Assembly (NCBI RefSeq): GCF_004010195.1
Contig: NC_057759.1
Span: 2,337,199-2,401,198 of the forward strand
Length of the DNA stretch: 64,000 nt
Source: Chiloscyllium plagiosum
Taxonomy: Eukaryota
Reading direction: 5' to 3'
Under the pieces are notes generated by a model, which saw only the letters and a list, made by a program, of their open reading frames with translations, was not told the DNA's origin and did no database searches. Shown here one piece after another: positions 26,719-38,960 of the stretch. Each line of letters starts with the position of its first letter. Within the stretch, counting starts at the first letter, position 1. Made by a program: the position numbers and the translations under genes.

Positions 26719-29295
26719 CTGTACAAAGTGCAAAGAAGCGAATATGTTGGAAATTGTTTTCGGATTCAATTCCATGCCTGGCTCAGTTAGACATGATAGA
26801 ACTATAACATCAAAAATTACTAAATTGGGATAATGCCAGAGGTTATTACATAAAAAGTGCTCAACCCCCGTATAAACATGTCTGCTTCCATATATGACAA
26901 AAAAAAAAGACAATGATCTCTAGAATTGTGCTGCCCAGCTGCTTGTTCAAGGAACCTAAAAATAGTGAAATCTGCAGGTGTTGCAGAATCAGAGCGGATA
27001 TAGAGTGGACCGAGAAAGAAATGCAACATCAAAGAAGGAGAGTCGATGTTTCAGGTCAGAAACATTCCCTTGGAGCATATGGGTCAAACCCATGTTGGTG
27101 GGACTAGTTTAATTTGGGATTATGGTCGGCATAGACTGCTTGAACAGTTTCCTGTGCTGTGTAACTCTAGACTCTGTAAACTCAATACCAGCGATAAGAT
27201 AATATACACAAAGTGCTGTGAATCTTTTGAAATAAATAAACACGAAAGCCATAGATACTTAGGCAGTTTCTGTGGTGAGATAAACATTGATAATGATTCG
27301 AGCTGTGAGCCAGTTATAAAAAAAAACTTTAAGATAGTCGCGATTTAAACTCTTAAACCAATTATGCATTCATTAAAATTTGAAATGAGTAGAAGGAACA
27401 AATAGGAAAGGGCGTCATCGGTTAGATTCAAGAATTGAGTCAACAGCTGAAACTATGACGAAACTGGAGATTTGGAATAAGTAAAATGTCATCTGATCAA
27501 CTTACATTATTCGATCAGTAGGGCAGAGGATCAAAAGCACCATTATAGTGGAAGTGCCATTGACCTTGAAATTCGAAGTAGAGAAAACTGATAAATGCCA
27601 GGCTATGTCAAAGACTCTCAGCAGCACAATTCTTTAGATCCTCGCAATCAGAAATTAACCCAATATCCCATTAATCCCGTTCATTCCAATTTTGCCAAAT
27701 TCCATGATAAACACAAGTTATCAAATGAAGTGTGGTGACTGGATAAAATGCTAATTGTGTAATCACAATATTGTGTTCATTACACCAAGTGAACATCGAC
27801 AATAAGACGAAGCAGAAGAAAATGGAAACAATGTCTTCAAAATAGCTTTCTTCTAAAATTTGCTAAGTGGAAGAAGAATACAGGCGAAATTCCGAGGTGT
27901 CCTATGGAAACAAGTCTAACATGGAACCATAGAGGTCCCAATAGCAAGAACATTGGAGTGTTTAACCGGATTGTACAGAGATGTAATTTCCAAAAAAAAA
28001 TCTTAAACAGGATCAATGTCAGCAAACGGCAAGACTTTTCACTCCTGGACATGACCTCATGTACAAGCGGTGATTTGCAGTGGAAATGATGCCTGTCTGC
28101 CATTAGCAGTTACTTGAGGGAATTAATCAAAATTTCAGCCTGAGGCATATTGTCTATCAGTGGCGATTCTGTTCATTAAGATATTAAGGATACAAGTTAA
28201 CCTGAATATATTTGTAGAGTCCAAGGGCACATGTTCACAAATATAAGAAAAAAAAACAACTTTCTCCAATAGTTTCCAATCTCTGGAGGGAATTGTCACA
28301 CTTGTGGTGGGGATGTCGAAAAAGAAAATATGTTGAGCGTTCAAAAGCATGCAAATTGAAATGAACTGTCCGAGTAGAGAAGCAAGGCTGCCATGCAATG
28401 TTGAATAAGTATAAGATATTTAACGATGGACTTTCACCAGGTTTAACATCTGGAGGTTTAACAAAAGTAATATTTGACAACACGAGAATAACTCTTTCCC
28501 GTGAGTGGCTTATTCACACAAATATAAAAGGGAATAAGCAAAAGAAAGTGGTCATACATCTGTACTGTAATCATCGCCATAACATATAATAGTACTGGGA
28601 GGGTAGCAATCTTATTCTGAATCAATGCAGAACATAAAACAAGGACAGGGAGCTATGGATTAATTTGCACAATTCATTTGGTACTAAATATGATTTTACT
28701 CCAATTCAAATATGCCATAGACACAACTCGAAATAACGAAACAGAGTAAATTCAGTTAAATAAGAAAAGGCAAATTTGCCATTCCTAATATATTGAATGT
28801 AGTGAATAAATAAATTAAAGAATATAAAATCACATGGAAACAAGAGTGGGGAATTCAGCTACTGGACCTTGTTGAATAATTTAATGAAGTCATGGATAAT
28901 CTATATCCCCATATGCCTGTATTTAGCCCATTTCCCTTATTACCTTCAATTAATTAAAAAAACACTGTCTCGGATGTAAAAGTAGCAAGTGATCTAGCAG
29001 TTGCTCCCGTTTTGGGAAAAAAGTCCCAAGCCTCTATCATTTTTATGTATAAATGTGCTTCATAACTTTTCTCCTGAACAGTCTAGATCTGATACAGCAG
29101 ATATAGATCTAATTCCGGAGGTACTTCAGTAAGAATTGAGAATCACATCAGTACTTATCAAAGTTATACCATTGATAAGCTTTTTACTGAACAGTTTTCA
29201 CCTGCTGATTGAAATGGGCCATTCTCAAACTTATATTTAAAAAAAAAGTTCAACCTCATATTCACACAAGTGTAATGGTCATAAATCATGCTTAC

Positions 29296-29362
29296 CAGGA
29301 ACACCAATGAAAGCGAGTATTGGGTAATATATCTTCTCAGCGCTGTACAGTTTTTGGAGCAT
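29296..29362 (-). CDS. GPR139-like: GPR139/GPR142-like GPCR, coding exon 1 (MLQKLYSAEKIYYPILAFIGVP + G)
   Basis: ATG at 29362-29360, 22 codons plus 1 nt, then donor GTAAGC at 29295. The phase-1 join G|TT gives ...IGVP-V-NFVGI and restores TM1. 67+911 = 978 nt = 325 aa plus stop. Confidence 0.88.
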
Positions 29363-30489
29363 TCTTTGCGCGCAGTTTTAAGTCCTTGGGCGCTGTAGCT
29401 AAGCTCTCTGTCAAGAGACTGAGTTATTTCACCCGGAGAGCTTCTCAGTTATATCATTAAGGGAGTCAAGGGAATATTGAAATTGCATCATCATTCCATG
29501 TTCTTTTAATTTTGAACAAACAACTTACAAAACTGAATACATTTGTGATGTGATATAGCAGAGATTTTTCTAATGCTGAATTAAAAACATCTTATACCCC
29601 TTCACCTTCCTTCAATAATACAAAATGTGGATACATATTGTCCGATAAGTACTTTACGAAATTTATTAGCAAGTCAAATGGAGCATTGTTGTATAATAAG
29701 AAGCAATGGTTTTATTTTAAATTGCAGATCTACAGGCGTTGGTGAGACAATATTTGCTCTACCATATTTATTTTGAATCCCTATTTTGAAAAGAATACAA
29801 AGAAAGAAATTCAGACTTGGAGGTAGAGCATTTGTTGTGTGTAAAAAGACCAGAGGACACTATACACATACATAGTGGACATCAACAAATGCGATGCTTT
29901 GCAAGGGTGCATATCAGAACGATGGTTCATATTGTGGAGGAAACTAAAGTACAGTGACATTTAAAGTTTAAATGATGTATGTGAAGTACTTTGTTTTTCA
30001 GAAGACAATTAACATGTGGCAAACTCTTCTCAATGAAATGATGGAGAATGTGTCATTAGATTGATATAATGACAAATAAGATAGATTTTTGATAGTCAAT
30101 TTGGTGATGGGCTATTAGAGTGTGCCAAGGGAGTACGCAAACAAAATACAATTGAGAGCAGAACCAGACCTGTTCTATGGTGTTGCATAGATTTTATAAT
30201 TAATCCCTGTCTTAAAAACGAAGAAACGTTCCTGACTTTTGTTTCTTTTTTGAACAACCAAACTGTGGTTTAGCATTTCGAAAATCCAATTACATTACTA
30301 AGTTAGTCTGTAACAACTTGGCTGTTGAAATAAGATGGTCAAACAACAGCCTGCTTTTACATTGTCCCCTTTCCTCTCCGGTAAGACCATAATAATATAA
30401 AGATACAGCAACAGTATTAGGCTTTTCGTCCCATCGAGTCATCTCCATTATTCGATAATGGCCTAAGTATTTTCAAATGTCGCTATATG

Positions 30490-31279
30490 TATTTTAAAAT
30501 TGATTTGGTCTGTCCTGGTTTACTTGAAGAAAGGTTTTGTCAACATGATGTCGAGGTGCTACTCCATTGCTGCTAGATTCATTCTGTTAGTGTTCCTTCT
30601 CCTGGACTAGACCAGATAACAAGTGAGGAAATGTGGTTTCCTTGACTTTGCCTTTACCAAGGGTTCGGTCATTCGCTGCTATTATATTACAACAACTAAT
30701 GATTAGTAGTGTTCTTTTTTTTTGTTGGCAATTTCAATAGTCATGAAATTATTCCAAGTTTTCTTCTTTGTGTTTGTATTTTAGCTATGGTATACGAATA
30801 ACGTCTGTTTGCTTACAGTTGCCTCATACTAAGATAAATGTTAATGTGTAAATGATCACTTTGATATGTTTTGAAGGGGTTTAGTTTCGTCTGTAACAAA
30901 TTGGGAACTCTTGTTGGGATCAAAATCCCTCATATCGGGTTGGGTTTGGCCTTACTGGATTCAAATTTATTGAGTGATGGTGTCCTTTTTTCAGGTGTTG
31001 AACTCGACTGCTTCAAGTGGAGTGCAACGTGTATGATAGTCGATTTTTATTTTTGTTGTCTAAGAGTTTCCTGAGTGTTAACGAAGTCACTTGAAATGGT
31101 TTAAGGCGAAGTGTTCATAATTGGCAGATAAACTAATGTTGAGATTGCCTGTGCTCTTAAGGCAACATGAGATAATTGTAGCAAATGATAAATATATACA
31201 GTTACGAGAAATGCAATAATTGGAAATAACTAATATTCAACTGCAATTTAAACAGATCGAATTAAGGGTGAAAGCAAGA

Positions 31280-31333
<54 letters not shown>

Positions 31334-31420
31334 CGCAGTAGAACAAAGACAAAACAATTAAAACAGCCTGAATTTGAAAAGGAAAATAAACAGTTTGAGT
31401 TATGATTACAATCAGAAGAA
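30490..31420 (+). mobile_element. Truncated LTR retrotransposon: LTR remnant, degenerate PBS and gag N-terminus
   Basis: LTR-type end GTCTGTAACA about 30898 followed by TTGGGAACTC; coiled-coil gag-like EITNIQLQFKQIELR containing a (GA)n run. Confidence 0.6.
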
Positions 31421-31759
31421 AGAAATTGATAAAGGGAGAAAATTTCAATTTTTTTTGCAAAGCAGCAGCAGTAAAGAGAGAGCTATATCTAATAGATTCA
31501 ACTCTAAAAACCTAACTGAATTGATAGTTAAAACCCTGCATCTGTGTAAGACTGCCTCCACCAATTTATGGTTTTACTAATTAATTTTAAAAGCTATTTT
31601 CTGATTTCTATGCAGCAACCACCTCCACACCAGACTGGAAAACACCCCTCGTCAAGAGGACAGAACAATTCCTCATAAAGGGAGATGTCATCACACAACC
31701 ATATTCACCAGTCTTCTCTCAAAGATGATTTGCCTTTTAAGATTCAAGAACGTATTTTT

Positions 31760-32515
31760 CTCTGTCTGCCATTACTTGGCAACTACAATTTTCTGTGGTA
31801 ATTAGTTCCATAGATTCATCACCATCTAGCTGAAGAAATTCCTCCTCATTTCAAATCTAAAGTGTTGTCTACTCACTCATAGTGTCTGTGCTTGTGAAAT
31901 AATCTTTTTTCACGGACAGTCTCTCTAGGACACTCAGTGCTTTGTATGTTTCAATGAGAGCCCCTTCATCCTTCTAAACTCCACGGAGACTCCAAAGTTC
32001 TCAACTGCTCTACATATGACAAGCAATTCGTCCCCCGATTATTCTTGTAAAATTCCTCTGACCCCTTCCAATACCAGCACTTTGTTATTTAGATACGAGC
32101 CCAATGCTGCTCGCAACATTTCAAATGCAGTCTGACTAGAACCCTGCACAATAACTGCAGTACAACTCTGCTGTAGTATTCTTGTGCAATTGAAACGTAT
32201 GTGAACATTGCATTTGTATTCCTAACTGCCAACTGAACTGGCATCTTAACCTTAATGGAATCCTGAACCAGGTCTCTGAAATCCCTTTGTGTTTCAGAAT
32301 TCTGAAGCCTTTGCCAATTTAGAAAACAATCTACTTATCTATTCTTCCTAACATATAAATAATCTCGCACTTTTCCATATTGCATTGCGTAGACCACTTC
32401 TGTGCCGAAACTTCTAAATTGTCTGAGTCCTTCCACAGCCTCTTGGCTTCCTCAAAATTCACCTCCAGCAATGTTTGCAGCATCGGCAATAATGCCCTCA
32501 GTTCCTTCATCCAGT
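31760..32515 (-). mobile_element. CR1-like LINE 3' fragment, degraded
   Basis: Reverse strand reads VLVRLHLKCCEQHWARI*, GVRGILQE and GFRRMKGALIETYKAL, all CR1 C-terminal-like. Confidence 0.7.
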
Positions 32516-32612
32516 CTCAGGCTATTGGTTTCATCTCGAATGTGAAGAGTGTCTTCCTCCTTTCAACTGCTTTCTGCTTACAATTACAGGGATAACAATG
32601 AATCATCTTGAA

Positions 32613-32732
32613 TCGTCTTGTCTTCCACTTCCAACTAGATGTTTATGGTGCTATCTTGTTATTACAGGGATAACAATGAATCATAACTAGATAGCACCAT
32701 AAACATCTAGTTGGAAGTGGAAGACAAGACGA
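32613..32732. repeat. Inverted repeat: 50-bp arms with 1 mismatch and a 20-nt loop
   Basis: 32613-32662 is the reverse complement of 32683-32732; ATTACAGGGATAACAATGAATCAT occurs at both 32583-32606 and 32661-32684. Confidence 0.95.
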
Positions 32733-35079
32733 GAGACAAAGAGGCAAGAGGTGATTCATCGTAAACGCTGCAATACGCCCCATTATGCCAGGGATTGAAT
32801 TGAATTGAATTGAACAACTTGTTTTCACGTATTCTCAGTGATATACAGAGAAAAGTATACTATTGCAATAATCCTGCACCATGTTGAGATACTTAAATAG
32901 AGTTCATCTTCAGCAGCTGGTGTGCCAAGCACTGCTCCCGGAATTCTGCAAGCTGTTGGTGAAATTTCCATTCTAGGCAGACTCAGACAAGGTCCCCACT
33001 TGGGCCATCGCGCTGCGGCAGTTGACAACCGGACATCGCTGCCGAGAGTCCATGCTCTGCCATCTCTACAGCTGAAACTTCGCTTCCAACCCAGGAATCC
33101 ACTCTTTGGGCCGACAACACTTGGAGTACACACTCCACTATCGCTGAAAGCCATGAATACCCAGCCTCCAACTCTTTAATGGCAATGACAAAATCAGCTA
33201 CAGACGAGCAACTCACTTGCTCAAAATTCAACTAATGCTTCTGAACTAAGCAGAATGGGAACCATTTGTTCTGCACATCAGCTCCTTCTCCATATCCCGA
33301 CGTCACAATAGTAACTGTGGCACACAGAGACTTCCCACATTCCCATATATTGAATGGAAATATTTCCTTTGAACAAATAGATTTATCTTTGTAATGTTTG
33401 TACAAAGCATCGATTATCTTCAAACCTGTGGTGTTGCGAAATGTGTTCATCATCTCAAAACGAAAATGACACAGACTTACAAACTTGCCTGTGTTATCAC
33501 TGGTATGTTCTCGCTGATTTGACTAGAGTAGGGTTTAACACGAGAAATGAATCTTTCAGATTGCATGTCTTTAACCAGTTGTGATCTGGAAGCAATTAGT
33601 TGCAAAAGAAGAGGAGAGTGCCTGTATTCCTTCGTCAATATATCGATGATCCAGTACTGACACCACACATATTTGCTGCAGGAAGAGAATGATCTAAGGC
33701 TGAGTGCAGATTCAAAGACAGCTAATCTGTGACTGTCATCCCATTTCAGTCAATAATTTACCATAATTTGAAACAGAAATTACATTCCCTTCCAGTGCAG
33801 AAGAAGAATCATAGATTCATGGAATGGAATGGATGGAATGCACACGATGCTGTCTGGGTGCATTCAAACAACTTCATGTGACTGCTAAATTTCATGATTT
33901 GAACTCCTATTTTGACTGTGTATTAACCCATGCTGCTCTGCGAACAGCTGCTGAAGAGAAATAAGCGATGGCATTATTTTATACAGAGCGAAACCAGACA
34001 ATTTGTGGATTCATTTTCTCCAAAATACATTAAATACACGAACACTTATGATAAAGTGAATTAATGGACGCCCATAGACTTGGAACTCTCAGGTGGGATA
34101 GGTTTTTTTTCCTTCTTCACCTCGGTGTTCCCTGTCATTCATCACTCTAAGAATAAATTTTATCTCCCATAGGATTTAGGAATTCTATGTATGAATGTTA
34201 TTGTCAATTTGATGCAATTATGCAAGCTATAGTTGAAAATAATTGAGTGTGGCATTTTCAATTCATGTTCACGTTTGGAAGATAACAAACTGCTCCAAAA
34301 GCCCACTTCATCAAAGCAAAACTAAAATAAGATCAAAAATTGGATATGATCCTGGGATGGTGCATATCACATTCCTTACTGTGGTAGTAGGTATGCCACA
34401 ACCAAATGTATTGTGTCAAATTCAGAACATGGACTCTATGACTCTAATTACACTTGCTAACATTCAGCAACAGAGGCTGGGTCTTCGGTTACAGGAGGGT
34501 ACATTCGAATGATTTGGGAGGTTGGTGAGCCTTTGCTCTTTCTTTGCGTTCTTCATTGTATTGTGGGATCTCAAACATACCAATAATCCATGGAAAACTT
34601 ACTTTCATTACTTTTCTTGTTTCAATTTCAAGCAGCGGCAACACAGATTTTATGTCCTGGAGAATGTGACATAGACACCGTCCAGCAGTAGTGAAGGGGA
34701 AGGATTATCGGGGTTCGTCATACCAAGCAGTCACATCGCTTTGGGACAACACTCAAGAAAGTGTTGTTAATTCCATCTCAACTAATAAAAAAATGACCGA
34801 GTAGAACAACTTGGGTATATAAATAAATATGATCAGATCGCATTAACTGAGATATGGCTGCAGAATGATCTAATTTCGCACTTAAGTATTGAAGGGTGTA
34901 CATCATTTCGGAAGACCTAGAAAGTATAAAGGAGTGGCTCTGTTAATTAAAGACGATATGACCACAATAGCAAATGATTATGTAAATGAAGAAAGCCATC
35001 ATGAATATATCGTCTGTAGAAATGAGGAACATTAAATGGAAAATATCAATTGCGGGCATTGAATACAGGAGCAGGTTTA

Positions 35080-36600
35080 AAAAATGCAATTTTAAAGATA
35101 GAGGAGCATGTTGATGGTGAGAGCCGAGGAGATACGCAATTCAGAAGGACTATTGCCAGAAAAAGTGGTAATACATGGAATTCATGCTGTAACCCGTTCC
35201 ATAGTGTAAAATGAGGTTGCGGTGTCCGTTCAAACGTAATGAAGCGTTGGTGGGAGTAAGAGAGAAACTCCCGCTTCCAGAAATAGATATGTCGTTGGTG
35301 AAGATATGGTGGAATCACAGATGGGTGTGATGTGTACAGTGATTGAAAAGCCAGTGGAAAATCAGGAAACGAAAATATATCCTCGTATTTTTCCTGACTG
35401 TGAACTAACAAGTTCACAGGCAGGTTGAAGCAGGAGGATAAAACAAAGTACAAAGATAAGGACATTAAAGTTCCATTATCAAAACCATGTTGGATCAAAT
35501 GGTTGAGACAACAAAAAAAAATGCAGGTGGAGGAGAAAGTGATATTTTTCGTTCAGAGAAATTATTTGAAGTAAAATAGAAAGATGAAAAAACTAAAGCA
35601 GTTGTACCAAAAAGCGCCAGTTAAGAACTATCTCAGTGTTGCTCACAATGTTACTATCTTAAAATCGATGTCTTGATACGGAACTATTCAGGCCGATGAG
35701 AAATGGCAGAAGTTCATCAAACTGTATTACCAATGGGTTCTAAAAAGATGTTGCAGGTAGTACCTGTAGGAGATCTTTTGCGAGTAAGAAAAACTCAAGC
35801 CAGAGGCAAAAACATTTTATTGGACTGTACTGCAGAAATGTAGTTAAATTTCTCTGAACATGTCGTATACGTCAGACAATTGGAAAACCGCTACCAGCAC
35901 CCTTAATACTCATTCTCGTATTTGGGGAAACTTTTACAAGAGACTTAACTGATTGCATAGGAACCCCACCCAAAACCAAAGTGAGTGCGAATCAATAGCT
36001 GATCACCAGAATGCACTTGTCCAATTCAAATCCATAATCCCAGGGAGTAGGAAAACGATGGCATAAAATATTAAAAATTGTGTTCAGAGTTTACAGTCAG
36101 GACTATCCAGAGGATGTTTTCCTTTGTTCAGTGATAGGATGAGGCGCTACCAGTAAGTTTGGCACTTATTGCCCACCCCAAAGAACAGTTAAGATTCAGC
36201 CACATTGCTGGAAATGTGGAGTGACACATAGTCTAGATCAGGTGACGATGGCAGTTTCCTTCCCAAAAGGATGCTGTTACGGGGATAAGGCATTCCATTA
36301 ATACGTTTTGCATTTGTAGATGCACGAAATGAATACACCAAATTCAGTCCATTTGAATTAATTTTGGGGCATGAGCTAAGAGGACCAATTAATTTACTTG
36401 AGAAATTGATTCGTCAGTTTTCAGAGAGCACATATTTGGTGTATGTCTCTAATTTTAGGGAAAGGTTAAATGGAACAGTGATTTGATTAAACAACATTTA
36501 AAATTAGCACAACATGTTTTGAAATAGAAGGCGACCAAGAATTTCTTTTTTTAAAACTCACCATGTTAGTGGTGGAGATAATGTTTCATTTTTAAGAGGT
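35080..36600 (+). mobile_element. Gmr1-like pol remnant (protease region then integrase)
   Basis: KTQA...KHFYW-like and C.TCQTIGKP-like segments about 35790-35890 and SPFELILGHELRGP about 36345-36390, homologous to 9000-9750. Confidence 0.7.
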
Positions 36601-37999
36601 AAAATGGCAATTTCCATTTCTTGAAAATGAAACGGATATTAAAGGAAGGGCTGCTCACTACAGCTATATAGTGCTGCTTATATTGGGTTTGTTATTTAGA
36701 GCTTTGTTGTCATATTTTGAAGAAAAAATGGTTAATTGCAGAGAAGTTTCAGACGATTCATTTTTTCCCTCATAAATGGTTGAAGATATATAACTGACTT
36801 ATTCAAAGTTGTAATAGATTTATTGTTATGTGATATGTAGAAAATTGAAAAGGGGCAAACAACAGATTTATTTCAAGCCCCATTAACCGATACACCATGA
36901 TTTTATGAAAGAACTGGTTCACCAGTGCTGCTTTTTAAAACTATCCAACATTTATTCCTATGTCTTGCGTGATTCTTTTGATCTTCCAGACATAAATTCG
37001 ACAAAACCAAATGCCTGATACAGATTGACCCAAGACTCAATTGTACTGCTGTAATGTCTGATTTAACCTTCTCCCACTCAAACTGCAGACTGAAAACTAA
37101 CAGATTAAGGCCACTGCCTTCAATATTATTTTAAGTTTCTAATCATGTCTGCTTCATTGTACATTACGGAAAACCGAATTGCCTGTTTACTCGTGGGGTC
37201 CACTAGTAAACAAATCCATACACATTCTATTAATTGTTTTTTTTTTTACTTGGTTATTGCAATGGTATCGTTCGTACACGCCTTTTCTAACTCCGGATTT
37301 ACTCCCAGTTCATGACGACGGACTAGTTGATACCTAACTCCCATTATGGTTCATTTTCCTTTGTGAATCCTTAGCTCTACCCACACAGATTCTGTGACTC
37401 CTGGCTCTATTTCACTTCCTGCCATAGATTTAATTTTAATTTTTATTGAAAATGGAACACAGCAACACTCCTTTTCGCCTTTCTCTCTCGTTCTCTCTGA
37501 TTTTCTCTCTCTACCTATCTACCCATAGTCAGACATGTCACGAGTTTCCTTTTCGGAAGCAAGTCCCAACTTTCCCATTGTTTTAACATCAGTCTCGTGT
37601 TGCACATAAAATGTGTCAATTTGGTAAGGCGAACTGTGGAGTAAAAAAGCATTGAAGTTGAAATTTCCAGTTTAGCAAAAATCAATCCATGGAACAAGAA
37701 AATCACTTAATTCTGGCATTGAAGTTTTCAGCGATTCCAAAATCAGTCGTTTTTCAATTAATACTCAGTCTTTTGCCAGCATGCCTTACTGAATATCTGT
37801 GTGGCTGCATCAGAAAATAACAGGATCCCTTGCTGTTTCAATGCTCCTAATTGTGTAATTCTAGCTGGTGTAGTGAAATCAACGATTAAAGATATTTAAA
37901 TACAATACTAAACCCAAATCATTCTATTACTACAGTTAGATTTATAGTTACGCTTTTACTCATAATCAATGGAAGATATCAATGGATTTGAAGCTAAAT

Positions 38000-38392
38000 T
38001 ACATCTCCCCTTTGCTCGTCTATCTCTCAGAATTTCCTCTTGAATTTTAAAAGAATTTTCTCCTGTACCGGATACTTGGCTGTGAGAAAATCTATTTTAG
38101 TGAATTTGCCTCTGCCAAGTCTGTGTTTATGGGATTTTGGTAGACTCACAAGTTGGTGTTTAATGATTAAATGATCTGTTATTGTGTTAAGTTTTGCAAT
38201 AGAGCTAAGTTATTCCAATTTTTTCTTTGTTTTGTTGAATTTTAAATACTGTGTTTGAATAAAGACTTTTTTTTAAAAGTTGTTAGTTTGACCAATCAAA
38301 TTGCCTGTGATTTGCCTCCTAAATGAAGGTACGTTACGGTCTAGGCTATTTCCTTTATATATTTTGAGGAGGTTTGGTCTGGTCTATAATAC
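38000..38392 (+). repeat. LTR remnant related to the Gmr1-like LTRs
   Basis: Ends TTTTGAGGAGGTTTGGTCTGGTCTATAATACA, like the LTR ends at 8289 and 12946; similar remnant at about 54150-54610. Confidence 0.55.
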
Positions 38393-38549
38393 AAGGCTAC
38401 ATGCACTGGTCCTGCTGCTTTCTCACAGTCGTTATTAAATGTTGGCAGAACGCACAACATCACTTCAAACATTGTTACAGCTCCATTGACTAGCTCGAGA
38501 TTTGCAATAAAATGCAGCATTACAAAATTTCTTATAGCTGTGCATATTA

Positions 38550-38960
38550 TGTTTTAATGATCCAAAGAACTGAATTAAACAGACAAATAAACATTTTTTC
38601 AGCTGTTTATTGGATTTGCTCTGGGTCATAGCGTAAATAAATGTATTTGTGCAGCAGCTCATCAACAAATTATGCAGAAAAATCTTTACTTTTTCCAAAG
38701 TATAACATTCTTCTCCATATCGAATATACCACTAATAGTAACCATAAAAGAATGAAATTTGCGGAGAGTGTAAACATTAAAATAATAGATTTCCTACAAT
38801 GTGCTACGTGGACGTTATGAGACAAAATGTTATGATGTTCGACAAAATATATTGATCTGTAAACATAAAATATCGGATAATGTTCTTTATGCAAGTCATG
38901 ACAGTCACTATTCCCAGCATCACAGCTACAGTTTTCTCAGTGCAATATTTATGTTTCATC
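38550..38960 (-). pseudogene. GPR139-like pseudogene, 3' part of exon 2 (ICL2/TM4, TM6, TM7)
   Basis: MKHKYCTEKTVAVMLGIVTVMTCIKNI, RKSIILMFTLSANFILLW and SCCTNTFIYAMTQSK match the intact paralog in different frames; TM5/ICL3 is deleted. The 3' boundary is approximate. Confidence 0.88.

Noticed and set aside
29440..29460. Possible TATA-like element (GATATAA, minus strand) upstream of GPCR exon 1, and AATAAA at 25450-25445
   Set aside because: The positions are plausible, but such motifs are too common in AT-rich DNA to call without transcript data.
32583..32600. AGGGATAACA resembles part of the I-SceI site
   Set aside because: Partial match only, with no vector-like sequence nearby.
32692..32712. 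TAGCACCAT in the hairpin arm resembles the miR-29 5' end
   Set aside because: The match covers only about 9 nt, and the near-perfect stem is unlike a conserved miRNA precursor.
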